Positions 40,883 to 49,620 of a stretch of 64,000 nucleotides of DNA are shown here, one piece after another (position 1 is the first letter of the stretch; each line of letters begins with the position of its first letter). This DNA is from Halobacteriales archaeon QS_6_64_34 (GTDB lineage: Archaea; Halobacteriota; Halobacteria; Halobacteriales; Haloarculaceae): positions 4,052-68,051 of the forward strand of contig PXRT01000005.1 of the NCBI GenBank assembly GCA_003020925.1, written 5' to 3'. Made by a program: the position numbers and the translations under genes. The notes beneath the pieces are model-generated. The model was not told the origin of the DNA and did not search any database. It saw nothing but the letters and a program-made list of their open reading frames with translations.

Positions 40883-40932
40883 AATTGGAACGGTAGCACA
40901 ACGCCTAAGAGTCGAGCGCGTGATGTGTCAGT

Positions 40933-41163
40933 ATGGTAGACATTACGCTCTTCGAACTGCACCTCGACGGCTCCGAGTTCACGGCGAACGCCCCCGGCAT
41001 CGGTAAGAGCGACGAAGAAGGCGACGAAAGCGACTCCGGCAACGCCCCGCTGGGGCTGGTCGCCGGCCTGGTGCTGGTCGTGTTCGTGGTCATCGCGGTG
41101 GTCGCCGTAAAGAAACGGGGCGGCAGCGACGGCGGGGAGTCCCCGCTGGACGACGCGGAGTGA
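40933..41163 (+). CDS. Small single-TM hypothetical protein
   Basis: ITLFELHL..ANAP pattern, TM followed by KKR. Confidence 0.75.
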   Translation: MVDITLFELHLDGSEFTANAPGIGKSDEEGDESDSGNAPLGLVAGLVLVVFVVIAVVAVKKRGGSDGGESPLDDAE

Positions 41164-41223
41164 TACTGGCGCCAGTTTGCCCCTCGGGAGAAGGCCTATC
41201 ACGCCCCGCACCGTTTCCCGCAT

Positions 41224-42174
41224 ATGGGACTGTATCACAGCGTCCGCGCCGTCGCCGGAGCGACGGGCGACGGACCGATAGACTGGACGGCGGTCGCCGA
41301 GGCCGCAAAGGAGTCGACGGACCCCGGCGACCTCACGCTCTCGGCGGCGGAGACGGAGGGGTACACGACGGACGTCCGCGACGCCCGGGACCGGGTTCGC
41401 GAGGTCAGCGAACTCGATTTCGACCTCCCGGAGACGGTCGAGATTCAGAACCGACACCACTGGATAGACGCCAACGTCGCCACCTTCGAGCGCGTGATGG
41501 CGCCAATCGAACAGCAGGCCGAGTACATCCCTGGAGTCGCCCGGGCCATAAACACCGGCTCGATGGCCTTCGCGCTCTCCTTCCTTGGCAACAACGTCCT
41601 CGGGCAGTACGACCCCCTCTTGCTCGCTGACAACGACGACCACGCGCTGTACTTCGTCCGGCCGAACATCCAGCGCGTCGCCGGCCAGCTCGGCGTCGAG
41701 GACGACCGATTCCGCCGCTGGATAGCCTTCCACGAGGTGACCCACGCCGCCGAGTTCGGGGCCGCGCCGTGGCTCTCCGAGTACATGGAGGAGACGATGG
41801 AGGAGACCGTCGAGAAGCTCTCAAGCGGGGAACTCGACCGCTCCTCGCTTGGCGAACTCGACACGACGATGACCGCCGTCGAGGGGTACGCGGAACTGCT
41901 GATGGACCGCGCCTTCGACGACGAGTACGACGACCTCCGACGGAAAGTCGACGAGCGCCGACAGGGCCGTGGCCCGGTCGCCAAACTCGTCCGCCGGTTC
42001 CTCGGCCTCGGGATGAAACGCCAGCAGTACGAGCGGGGCAAGGCCTTCTTCGACGAGGTGGCCGACGCTCGTGGCGTCGCCACAGCGGGGCGGGTCTGGG
42101 ACTCCCCCGAGACGCTGCCGACCGACAAGGAGATAGCGACGCCGCGGCTGTGGGTCGAGCGCGTGCTGGACTGA
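41224..42174 (+). CDS. Zincin metalloprotease (DUF2342-like)
   Basis: LGQYDP, HEVTH, EGYAE, KRQQYERG. Confidence 0.88.
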   Translation: MGLYHSVRAVAGATGDGPIDWTAVAEAAKESTDPGDLTLSAAETEGYTTDVRDARDRVREVSELDFDLPETVEIQNRHHWIDANVATFERVMAPIEQQAEYIPGVARAINTGSMAFALSFLGNNVLGQYDPLLLADNDDHALYFVRPNIQRVAGQLGVEDDRFRRWIAFHEVTHAAEFGAAPWLSEYMEETMEETVEKLSSGELDRSSLGELDTTMTAVEGYAELLMDRAFDDEYDDLRRKVDERRQGRGPVAKLVRRFLGLGMKRQQYERGKAFFDEVADARGVATAGRVWDSPETLPTDKEIATPRLWVERVLD

Positions 42175-42179
42175 GCCTC

Positions 42180-42503
42180 CTACCGCTGTCGGTTCCCGCC
42201 CGTCGCCTGTTCGTCCCGATTCTCGGTTCGCTCCCGGCGTTCCTGCATTCGCTGTCCGGGCTTGGGGCCGCGCTCCCGGTCGTCCTCGTAAGGCGTCTCG
42301 GCGATGCTGTCGGGAAACGTTAACTCCGCGAGCGCGCCGCCGACGAGCGCGCCGCCGACACCGGCGCCGACTGCGACCAGCGGGCCGCTGGCACCCCACA
42401 GGGCCACCAGTGCCATCGAGAGCCCCACCAGCAGGGCGAAACCCACTTTCAGTCGGACCAGGAACTTCTCGCGGTCTTCCTTCGTAACCGAGGGACCGAC
42501 CAT
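42180..42503 (-). CDS. Hypothetical two-TM protein
   Basis: MVGPS...RLKVGFALLVGLS; ATG 42503. Confidence 0.7.
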   Translation of the reverse strand: MVGPSVTKEDREKFLVRLKVGFALLVGLSMALVALWGASGPLVAVGAGVGGALVGGALAELTFPDSIAETPYEDDRERGPKPGQRMQERRERTENRDEQATGGNRQR

Positions 42504-42690
42504 CAGCGGGCACCCATCAGTAGAACCCCCGGTCGGTCGTACTCCATCGGGCCGTAGGCCGGCGAGTCCATCGCATCGAGCATGTCCGCCGTTGGACCCG
42601 GGCCAGAATGAACCCATCGGTCCAGGGGATTGATTACGGTGCCCGGCCGAGTGAGACGTAGCTGCGACAGTCGAGACAGGGGGTCTATGC

Positions 42691-44556
42691 GTGGCCACGA
42701 CAGACGGTGATAGCGACGATATCGGCGTCGACAGCGCCCAGCTCCTCCTCGTCTGCATCTGCATCGCCGGGCTGGTCGTGGCGGCCTTCCTCGCGCCCGT
42801 CGTCGGGGCGAACAATCTCGTCGCCCCAGGTGGCAACGGTAGCTTGGAAGAGCAACAGGACCGCCAGCCCACTGACCCCGAGCCGGCCGATACCCCAAAG
42901 ACTGTTGCCGAACGGGGAGAGAACGGCGAGCGTGACCCCGGCAGTGAGTTCGAACCCGGTGGCGGTGTCGCCGCCGGGGAGTACAGCGGTTGTTTCGTCT
43001 TCGTCGAACCCGAGCCCACACCGGGCCAGGATACCAGCGTGCTGGTCACCGTCGGTGGCGAGGCGGCGGCCGACGTCCCGGTCTGGTTCAACGGCGACTT
43101 CGTCGGCCACACGTCCGAGGACGGCACCGTAATCGGAACTGTCCCCTTCGTGACTGACCTGCACGTCACGGTGACCTCGCCCACGGAGGAACCCTGTCGG
43201 TTCTCCCGACAGGACCCAGCGGCGGTCGAGGGGGCCGGCCTCGTCGGGGCGGGTACAGTAGTCAGCGCGGCGTCAGCTACGGGTGCAGTCGCTGCCGGCG
43301 GGATATCGGCGCGTGCGCGGGAGAGCCCGCCGCCGCGCCGCCAGCAGGGCGACGCCAAGGGGGTGAACAACTCCACTCAGTACGACGTCGCGAACGACGT
43401 CAGTATCCGCGTCAGGGGCGACCCAATCCCTGGGGAGACCGTCACGCTCCGGGCGACGGTCGCAGGGGCTCCGATGCCCGACGCGACCGTGACCGTCGAC
43501 GGCACGCGGGTGGGCCGGACGGACGCGAACGGCCGCTACGCGCTGACGGTGCCCGACCGGGACAGCGTCGCGGTGACGGTCAGTCGCGGCGAGATTAGCG
43601 GCAACACGACCGTCGACGTCCTCGAGCTGTCGGTACGCTTCGTCCCGCGACTGGTCGTGCCCGGCGAACGCGCGACAGTCGCGGTGACCCGGGGCGGCGA
43701 GCCGGTCGGGAACGCGACGGTGGCTCTCGACGGAGCCACGCTGGGGACCACCGGTCAGAGCGGCACTGTCGCCGTCGCCCTGCCGCGCTCGGTGGGCGGG
43801 ACGGTGAGGGCCACCGCCGGTCCGCAGTCGGCCGCCGTCCCGCTGTGGCTGGCCTACTGGCTCACCGCCGCGATGACGCTGCTGCTCGCGTTTCTCACGG
43901 CCCTCACGACGGCGATAGCGGCCGGCATGGGCGGTCGCGGGCCCGCAAAGCGGGTCGCGTTCGTCTGGGGTGGCGTCTGGGCGCTGTTCGTCGGCTACGT
44001 CGTCGGTGAACATCTCGGACTGGGCGTTACAGCAGCCGCTGTCGTACTCCTCGCGCTGTACCGCTACCGCCGGGCCGTCGTCTCGGGCGGCGCGACGACC
44101 GCCGGGCTGATTGCGGGGTTCATCGAGTGGTGTAGCCGTGCCGTGCTATGGGTCGTCGGCGCCGTTGAGACGCTGGCTGACTGGGGCCGGGCGGGGGTCG
44201 GCCGCCTGGCAGCGTGGGTCCGGTGGCTCCGGGGCCGAGAGCCGGAGGTGTCGGAGAGCGAGGGTACTGCCGGCCCCGCGACGGGGTCGCCATCGGACCC
44301 GACCGCGCCGACGCTACGGCAGCTCTGGCGCCGGCTCGCGAGCCGGGTGTTTCCGGGAACGTGGCGGACCAGAACGCCCGCCGAGGTGTCCCGGGCGGCC
44401 ATCGAACGGGGGCTCCCGCGCGGGCCGGTCGAGACACTGACCGAGGCGTTCCGCGACGTCGAGTACGGCGGCCACGCCGAGGCGAGCCGGCAGTCCCGGG
44501 CCGAGGCGGCATACGACGCACTCGAGTATCATCGCGACGAGGAGGACGGAGAATGA
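42691..44556 (+). CDS. Membrane protein with Ig-like repeats and C-terminal DUF4129
   Basis: Repeated ATVTVDG..VG.T..G units; TPAEVSRAAI..LTEAFRDVEYG. Confidence 0.8.
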   Translation: MATTDGDSDDIGVDSAQLLLVCICIAGLVVAAFLAPVVGANNLVAPGGNGSLEEQQDRQPTDPEPADTPKTVAERGENGERDPGSEFEPGGGVAAGEYSGCFVFVEPEPTPGQDTSVLVTVGGEAAADVPVWFNGDFVGHTSEDGTVIGTVPFVTDLHVTVTSPTEEPCRFSRQDPAAVEGAGLVGAGTVVSAASATGAVAAGGISARARESPPPRRQQGDAKGVNNSTQYDVANDVSIRVRGDPIPGETVTLRATVAGAPMPDATVTVDGTRVGRTDANGRYALTVPDRDSVAVTVSRGEISGNTTVDVLELSVRFVPRLVVPGERATVAVTRGGEPVGNATVALDGATLGTTGQSGTVAVALPRSVGGTVRATAGPQSAAVPLWLAYWLTAAMTLLLAFLTALTTAIAAGMGGRGPAKRVAFVWGGVWALFVGYVVGEHLGLGVTAAAVVLLALYRYRRAVVSGGATTAGLIAGFIEWCSRAVLWVVGAVETLADWGRAGVGRLAAWVRWLRGREPEVSESEGTAGPATGSPSDPTAPTLRQLWRRLASRVFPGTWRTRTPAEVSRAAIERGLPRGPVETLTEAFRDVEYGGHAEASRQSRAEAAYDALEYHRDEEDGE

Positions 44557-45353
44557 GACGGGTCGCACTGTTGCTCGTCGGCCTCGGTACGGCGCTGGTG
44601 GGGCTCGGGGCGGGATTCGGCCTGCTGGCCGACGAGCCCGCTGCGGGAGTGCCCGGCTGGATGGCCGCCCTCGCCGGGCTGGTCGTGTTCGTCCTGGCGC
44701 TCTGGAAGCTCGTCCGTTCGCCCGGCGGCGACGGGGTTGCACCCGCTCCCTGGAGCGAGGGCGGAGCCATCGTCAGCGACCCGCCCGAGGGGACGCCCAA
44801 GACGGACCCCATCTCGGGGACCGCGCTGTCCGATGTCGTCGAAGCGGCCGCGAGCGAGGCCCGGGAAGAGACCGTCGAAGCGGGGCTGGCGACGGTCCGG
44901 GGACCCCTCAGAGAGACGCTCGTCGCGGCGCTGGAACGGGGCGGCTGGGACCGCGCCCGAATCGAGTCGGCGCTGGCCGACGGCTCCTGGACCGACGACC
45001 CCGTCGCCGCAGCCGTCGTCGACGAGACCGTGGTTCCGCCGGAACGGCCGCTCCGTCGACGCGTCTGGGCCTGGCTTTTCCCCGGGAAGGCCGTCCGCCA
45101 CCGCACCGCTCGCGCCGTCGGGGCAGTGGCCAGAGCCGCCGAGGCGGCGCTCCCGCCTGTCGTCGGCCAGCGGGCGCCACGCCCGATTCCGGTCGTCGAA
45201 CCGACCCTCGATGACCTCCAGCGGGCCGCCGACGGGAGCTTGCGACGCGCCGTCGAGGGGTCGGCCTCGGTGGGTGCCCCGGAGTACGAGAACGACGACC
45301 CCGAAGACGCCCAGTCCCAGTCAGTCGGGTGGCCGTCGGGAGGGACCGACTGA
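44553..45353 (+). CDS. Membrane protein (DUF7269-like)
   Basis: Two N-terminal TM helices, GSWTDDPVAAA. Confidence 0.75.
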   Translation: MRRVALLLVGLGTALVGLGAGFGLLADEPAAGVPGWMAALAGLVVFVLALWKLVRSPGGDGVAPAPWSEGGAIVSDPPEGTPKTDPISGTALSDVVEAAASEAREETVEAGLATVRGPLRETLVAALERGGWDRARIESALADGSWTDDPVAAAVVDETVVPPERPLRRRVWAWLFPGKAVRHRTARAVGAVARAAEAALPPVVGQRAPRPIPVVEPTLDDLQRAADGSLRRAVEGSASVGAPEYENDDPEDAQSQSVGWPSGGTD

Positions 45354-46660
45354 TGGCCCGACGAGTTCGCTGGCGCGGGGCGGTCGTCGCGACAGTGCTG
45401 CTCGGATTCGTCGGCGGCATCGAGGGGAACGGAACCGTGCTGCTGGCTGGGACGATTCCGCTGGCCTACGTGGCCTACGGGGCCCTCTCGACGGCGTCGG
45501 TGCCCGAAACCCTCACCGTCACGCGACAGGTCGACCCCCGCGTCGCGCCGCCGGGCCGTCCGGTAACGGTCACGCTCTCGGTGACGAACGACGGCGACCG
45601 GACGCTGTCGGACCTCCGCGTCGTCGACCCCGTTCCCGAGGCGCTGGCCGTCCTCCAGGGAACGCCGAGAGGCGGGGGGACGCTCGAACCCGGTGAGACG
45701 ATGACCGTCTCCTACACCGTAGTCGCCCGGCGCGGCGAGTTCGACTTCCCCGCGCCACGCGTCCGGGTCCGGGGCGCCGGGGCCGGGGCCGTGGCGACGG
45801 CCGACCGGACGCCGGCCGGTGAGACACGGCTCATCTGCCGGCTGGACGCCGACGCGCCGCCGCTGTCCGATATCGGTGACACCCGCGTCGGTCGGCTCAC
45901 GGCGGACTCGCCCGGCGAGGGTCTCACCTTCCACTCGACGCGGGAGTACCGCCACGGCGACCCCGCCGGCCGCATCGACTGGCGCGGCTACGCCAAGCAG
46001 GGCGAACTCGCGACCGTCAACTACGACCGTCAGCTCTCGGCGACGGTCGTGTTCGTTCTGGACGCCCGCAAAGCGGCGCGGGTCGCTGCGGGGCCGGGCC
46101 GCCCGACGGCGGTCGAACTCGGCGCCTACGCGGCGACGCGGTCGCTCAACACGCTGCTTGGCGCCGGCCACGGGGTCGCCGTGGCCGTCGTCGGCGTCGA
46201 CGGTGACGGGCCGGGCGGGCTGATGTGGCTGGCGCCCGGCAGCGGGAGCGAACAGCGCTCGCGGGCCATCGCGGCACTGGGCGATGCCCTCGACGCGGCG
46301 CCGGCGACCGAGCGCGACCCCACGCGGCAGGCGAGAAAAATCGGCGGGTTAGTCGACCGGGACGCACAGTTCGTCCTCGTCTCGCCGCTGCTCGATGACG
46401 TACCGGTCGCGATGGTCGAGCAGTGGTCCGCGTTCGGCGGGTCCAGAACGGTTCTCTCGCCCGATATCGTGGCCTCGAACACGGTCAGTGGCCAGTACGA
46501 GCAGGTTCGCCGACGGACCCGCCTGGCCCGCTGCCAGGCCGGCGGCGCCCGAACCATCGACTGGCGGCGCGGGAGCCCGCTCCCGGCGATTCTGGAAGCG
46601 ACCTTCGCCGTCGAGGCCCACCGGGCTGGCGGGGGCGTCCGCGCCGGAGGTGGCGGCTGA
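45353..46660 (+). CDS. DUF58 domain protein
   Basis: FHSTREYRHGDPAGRIDWR, VLDAR. Confidence 0.88.
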   Translation: MARRVRWRGAVVATVLLGFVGGIEGNGTVLLAGTIPLAYVAYGALSTASVPETLTVTRQVDPRVAPPGRPVTVTLSVTNDGDRTLSDLRVVDPVPEALAVLQGTPRGGGTLEPGETMTVSYTVVARRGEFDFPAPRVRVRGAGAGAVATADRTPAGETRLICRLDADAPPLSDIGDTRVGRLTADSPGEGLTFHSTREYRHGDPAGRIDWRGYAKQGELATVNYDRQLSATVVFVLDARKAARVAAGPGRPTAVELGAYAATRSLNTLLGAGHGVAVAVVGVDGDGPGGLMWLAPGSGSEQRSRAIAALGDALDAAPATERDPTRQARKIGGLVDRDAQFVLVSPLLDDVPVAMVEQWSAFGGSRTVLSPDIVASNTVSGQYEQVRRRTRLARCQAGGARTIDWRRGSPLPAILEATFAVEAHRAGGGVRAGGGG

Positions 46661-48106
46661 ATGGCCATCGGCGGGACGCGCCTGGACACGCCCTCCGCCG
46701 TCGGTGACGAGGGCCGACCCCGTGGGGCCAGCCTGACCGTCGTCGCCGTGGTCGCCGTTGCGGTGCTTGCCGCCGCCGGCTTCCTCGTCGGCCAGCCCCT
46801 CGCGTTCACGACGTTCGCGCTGTTCGTCGGGCTGCTGTCGGCCGGGATGGCCCTGCTGTCCCGGGACCGGCTCCAGGCAACGGTGCTTGGCCACCTGCTC
46901 TTCCTGCCAGCGGCCGTCGTCCTGGCCGCGCTCGTGGGTGCGAGCGGGCTGGTCGCGTTTTCGAGCCCGGGGGTCGCCACGCTCGCCGTCGGCGGCCTGG
47001 TCGCCATGTTCGGGGTCACAGCGGGCTGGAACGACGTCCTCAACCGGTCGACGGTCACGACGACGCTCGTCCAGAGCGGGCTCTCGTACGTTTGCTTTCT
47101 CCTGTGGCTACTGGTCCTGACTACCGTCGTGGGGACTGGATTCCTGGGGTGGGAAATCGTGACTGACCTCACGCGAGGGGGTGGCCCGGTCGCCGCGTTT
47201 TTCGGCCTGTTTGGACTCCTCGGTTTCGCCACCGCCGGTCTCTACATCGCGGTGCGGGCGGTCCCGGCCATCGAGGTGACCCCGGTTCATCGGCGGCCTG
47301 ACGCGACAGCGCGGTACGGGCGACTCAAATCAGTACTGCTCCGTTCGACAGCGGCCGCGTGGGGGGTCGTCGCCCTCGGCATTGTCGGGCTGGTCGGCGG
47401 GTTGATTGGGCCGGTGCTGTCGCTCCCGGGTATCCGGGCGACGGTCGTCCCGGTGGCCCAGCTGACCGCGATACCACTCGCCTGTGTCGCGGTGCTGGCC
47501 CTGCTCGTCGCGGTTCTCGCTTGGACCGTCCGCCATGCGACGGCGGGCTTCGAGCGGCTGTCCACGCGAACGGTCGGCGCGGCCGTGGCAGCGGTCTCGT
47601 ACTCGCTCGCGTTGCTGGTCGCCATCCCTACCTTCCTCCGGCTGGGCTACGTCGGTGTCACCTTCCTCTTTTTCGTCCCGGTGCTCCCGCTGCTGGTTTA
47701 TGTCGGCCTCGTGGCCGTCCTGTTGGGCTTTTACACCGGTATCTTGCCCGGTCGGGCGGCCTCGGCTGCAGTTGTCGCGGCCGGCCTCGTCGCGATGGGA
47801 CTGGGCGGGGCGCTGGTCGGCTTCCCGTCGCTGTTCGTCTTCGGCGCGGTCACCGGCGCGCTCGTCGCCTGGGACGTGGGCACCTTCGGCCTGGGCGTGA
47901 CCGCCGAACTGGGCCACATCCCCGAGACCCGCCGGCTGGAGCTGTATCACGGCGTCGTCGCCGTCGGTATCGGCCTGCTCGCCGTCGCCGGCCTGACCGT
48001 GCTGGACCTCGCCCGGCGGTCGGTTGGCTCGGCGGTCGGCTCGCCGACGACGATGGGAATCGCCGTCCTCGGTGTGGTGCTGGTGGCCGTCGGGCTGCGC
48101 GGCTGA
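46661..48106 (+). CDS. Polytopic membrane protein (DUF7519-like C-terminus)
   Basis: Many TM helices; VAWDVG...ELG...ELYH. Confidence 0.72.
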   Translation: MAIGGTRLDTPSAVGDEGRPRGASLTVVAVVAVAVLAAAGFLVGQPLAFTTFALFVGLLSAGMALLSRDRLQATVLGHLLFLPAAVVLAALVGASGLVAFSSPGVATLAVGGLVAMFGVTAGWNDVLNRSTVTTTLVQSGLSYVCFLLWLLVLTTVVGTGFLGWEIVTDLTRGGGPVAAFFGLFGLLGFATAGLYIAVRAVPAIEVTPVHRRPDATARYGRLKSVLLRSTAAAWGVVALGIVGLVGGLIGPVLSLPGIRATVVPVAQLTAIPLACVAVLALLVAVLAWTVRHATAGFERLSTRTVGAAVAAVSYSLALLVAIPTFLRLGYVGVTFLFFVPVLPLLVYVGLVAVLLGFYTGILPGRAASAAVVAAGLVAMGLGGALVGFPSLFVFGAVTGALVAWDVGTFGLGVTAELGHIPETRRLELYHGVVAVGIGLLAVAGLTVLDLARRSVGSAVGSPTTMGIAVLGVVLVAVGLRG

Positions 48107-48168
48107 GGAACGCCTGGGTCGGCCAGGGGATGAAACACTTTCATGCCAGCAGGGCCCAAGTCACCGGT

Positions 48169-49182
48169 ATGGCCGAGCAATCCCTGACTCCCGAGGAAGC
48201 CGCCGGGCGGTGTCGGGACATCGTGGACCGGGTCGAGGAGGCCGTCGTCGTCGAGCGGCGAGTGCTGTACGAGACGCTCGCGGCCGTCATCGCCCGAGGT
48301 CACGTCCTCGTCGAGGACGTCCCGGGAACCGGCAAGACCGTTTTAGCCCGCGTCCTCGCGGAGTCGCTCGGACTCTCGTTTACGCGCATCCAGTTCACGC
48401 CGGACCTCCTGCCGGCCGACGTCACCGGCTCCAATATCTACAACGAACACGAGGGCCGCTTCGAGTTCGCCGAAGGGCCCGTCTTTACGAACGTCGCGCT
48501 GGCCGACGAGATAAACCGCGCCCCGCCGAAGACCCAGGCCGCCCTGCTGGAGTCGATGGAGGAGCGCCAGGTCAGCGTCGACGGGACGACCCACGACCTG
48601 CCAGAGCCCTTCGTCGTCATCGCCACGCAGAATCCGGTCGAACAGGACGGGACCTTCCGCCTGCCCGAGGCCCAGCGGGACCGCTTTGCCGTCAAGACCG
48701 CGATGGGGTATCCCGACGCCGACGGGGAGATGGACCTCCTGGCGATGCGGGACAACCGCCGGACGCTCGCGCCGAGCGTCGACCCGGTGGTGACCCCCGA
48801 GACGGTGCTTGCACTGCAGGAACTGGCCGAGGACATCCGCGTCGACGAGAAGGTGTGCCGCTACATCGTCGACCTCGCCCGGGCGACACGCGAGGACGAC
48901 CGCACGGAAATCGGCGTCTCCCCGCGCGGTGTCCAGCGGGTGTTCGAGGCGGTGCGGGCGAGCGCCGTCATCGACGGCCGCGAATACGCGACACCGGAAG
49001 ACGTAAAGCGGATGGCACAGGCGGCGATGAGTCACCGGCTCATCCTGACGACCGAAGCCACCGTCGAGAACGTCGACCCCGACGACGTCGTCCGGTCGGT
49101 GCTCGACAGCGTCGACGTCCCCGCCGTCTCGCCGGACGCCCCGTCGGCGACGGCAAACGGCGGGCCCGAAGAGCAGTCCTAA
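48169..49182 (+). CDS. moxR: MoxR family AAA+ ATPase
   Basis: EDVPGTGKT, RIQFTPDLLPAD, DEINRAPPKTQAALLE. Confidence 0.93.
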   Translation: MAEQSLTPEEAAGRCRDIVDRVEEAVVVERRVLYETLAAVIARGHVLVEDVPGTGKTVLARVLAESLGLSFTRIQFTPDLLPADVTGSNIYNEHEGRFEFAEGPVFTNVALADEINRAPPKTQAALLESMEERQVSVDGTTHDLPEPFVVIATQNPVEQDGTFRLPEAQRDRFAVKTAMGYPDADGEMDLLAMRDNRRTLAPSVDPVVTPETVLALQELAEDIRVDEKVCRYIVDLARATREDDRTEIGVSPRGVQRVFEAVRASAVIDGREYATPEDVKRMAQAAMSHRLILTTEATVENVDPDDVVRSVLDSVDVPAVSPDAPSATANGGPEEQS

Positions 49183-49213
49183 ACGGTTTCCCGTCGCCGT
49201 CCCAGACAGCGGT

Positions 49214-49579
49214 ATGGAGAGCGAACCGAACGTTCTCGGCGAGGAACTCGCCGTCTGTTCGACGGACCCGACGACGGGGTTCATGCGTGACGGGTACTGC
49301 TATCCGCTCCAGCGGGACCCCGGCCGCCACGAAATCTGTGCGGTGATGACCGACGAGTTCCTGCAGTACAGTAAGGCCCAGGGCAACGACCTGGGTACAC
49401 CGAGGCCCGACCTCCAGTTTCCGGGCCTGGAGCCGGGCGACCGCTGGTGTGTCTGTGTCCCGCGCTGGATTGAGGCCCACGAGGCCGGGGTGGCGCCGCC
49501 GGTGAACCTGGCGGCCACGAGCGAGGACGTGCTCGAGGACGTCTCGCTGGAGACGCTGCGGGAGTACGCCGAGGAGTAA
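49214..49579 (+). CDS. DUF2237 family protein
   Basis: NVLGEEL.CSTDP.TGF.RDG.C, GDRWCVC. Confidence 0.88.
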   Translation: MESEPNVLGEELAVCSTDPTTGFMRDGYCYPLQRDPGRHEICAVMTDEFLQYSKAQGNDLGTPRPDLQFPGLEPGDRWCVCVPRWIEAHEAGVAPPVNLAATSEDVLEDVSLETLREYAEE

Positions 49580-49620
49580 CCCCGCTGACCGACAGCGTTT
49601 TTCCGGTCCCTGTCGTTGCT

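Larger units (their letters stand above)
38425..40888 (+). mobile_element. IS607-family element (ends approximate, placed at GG dinucleotides)
   Basis: Overlapping tnpA-tnpB; phased (C/A)AGTA repeats at left end and TACTG at right end. Confidence 0.82.
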
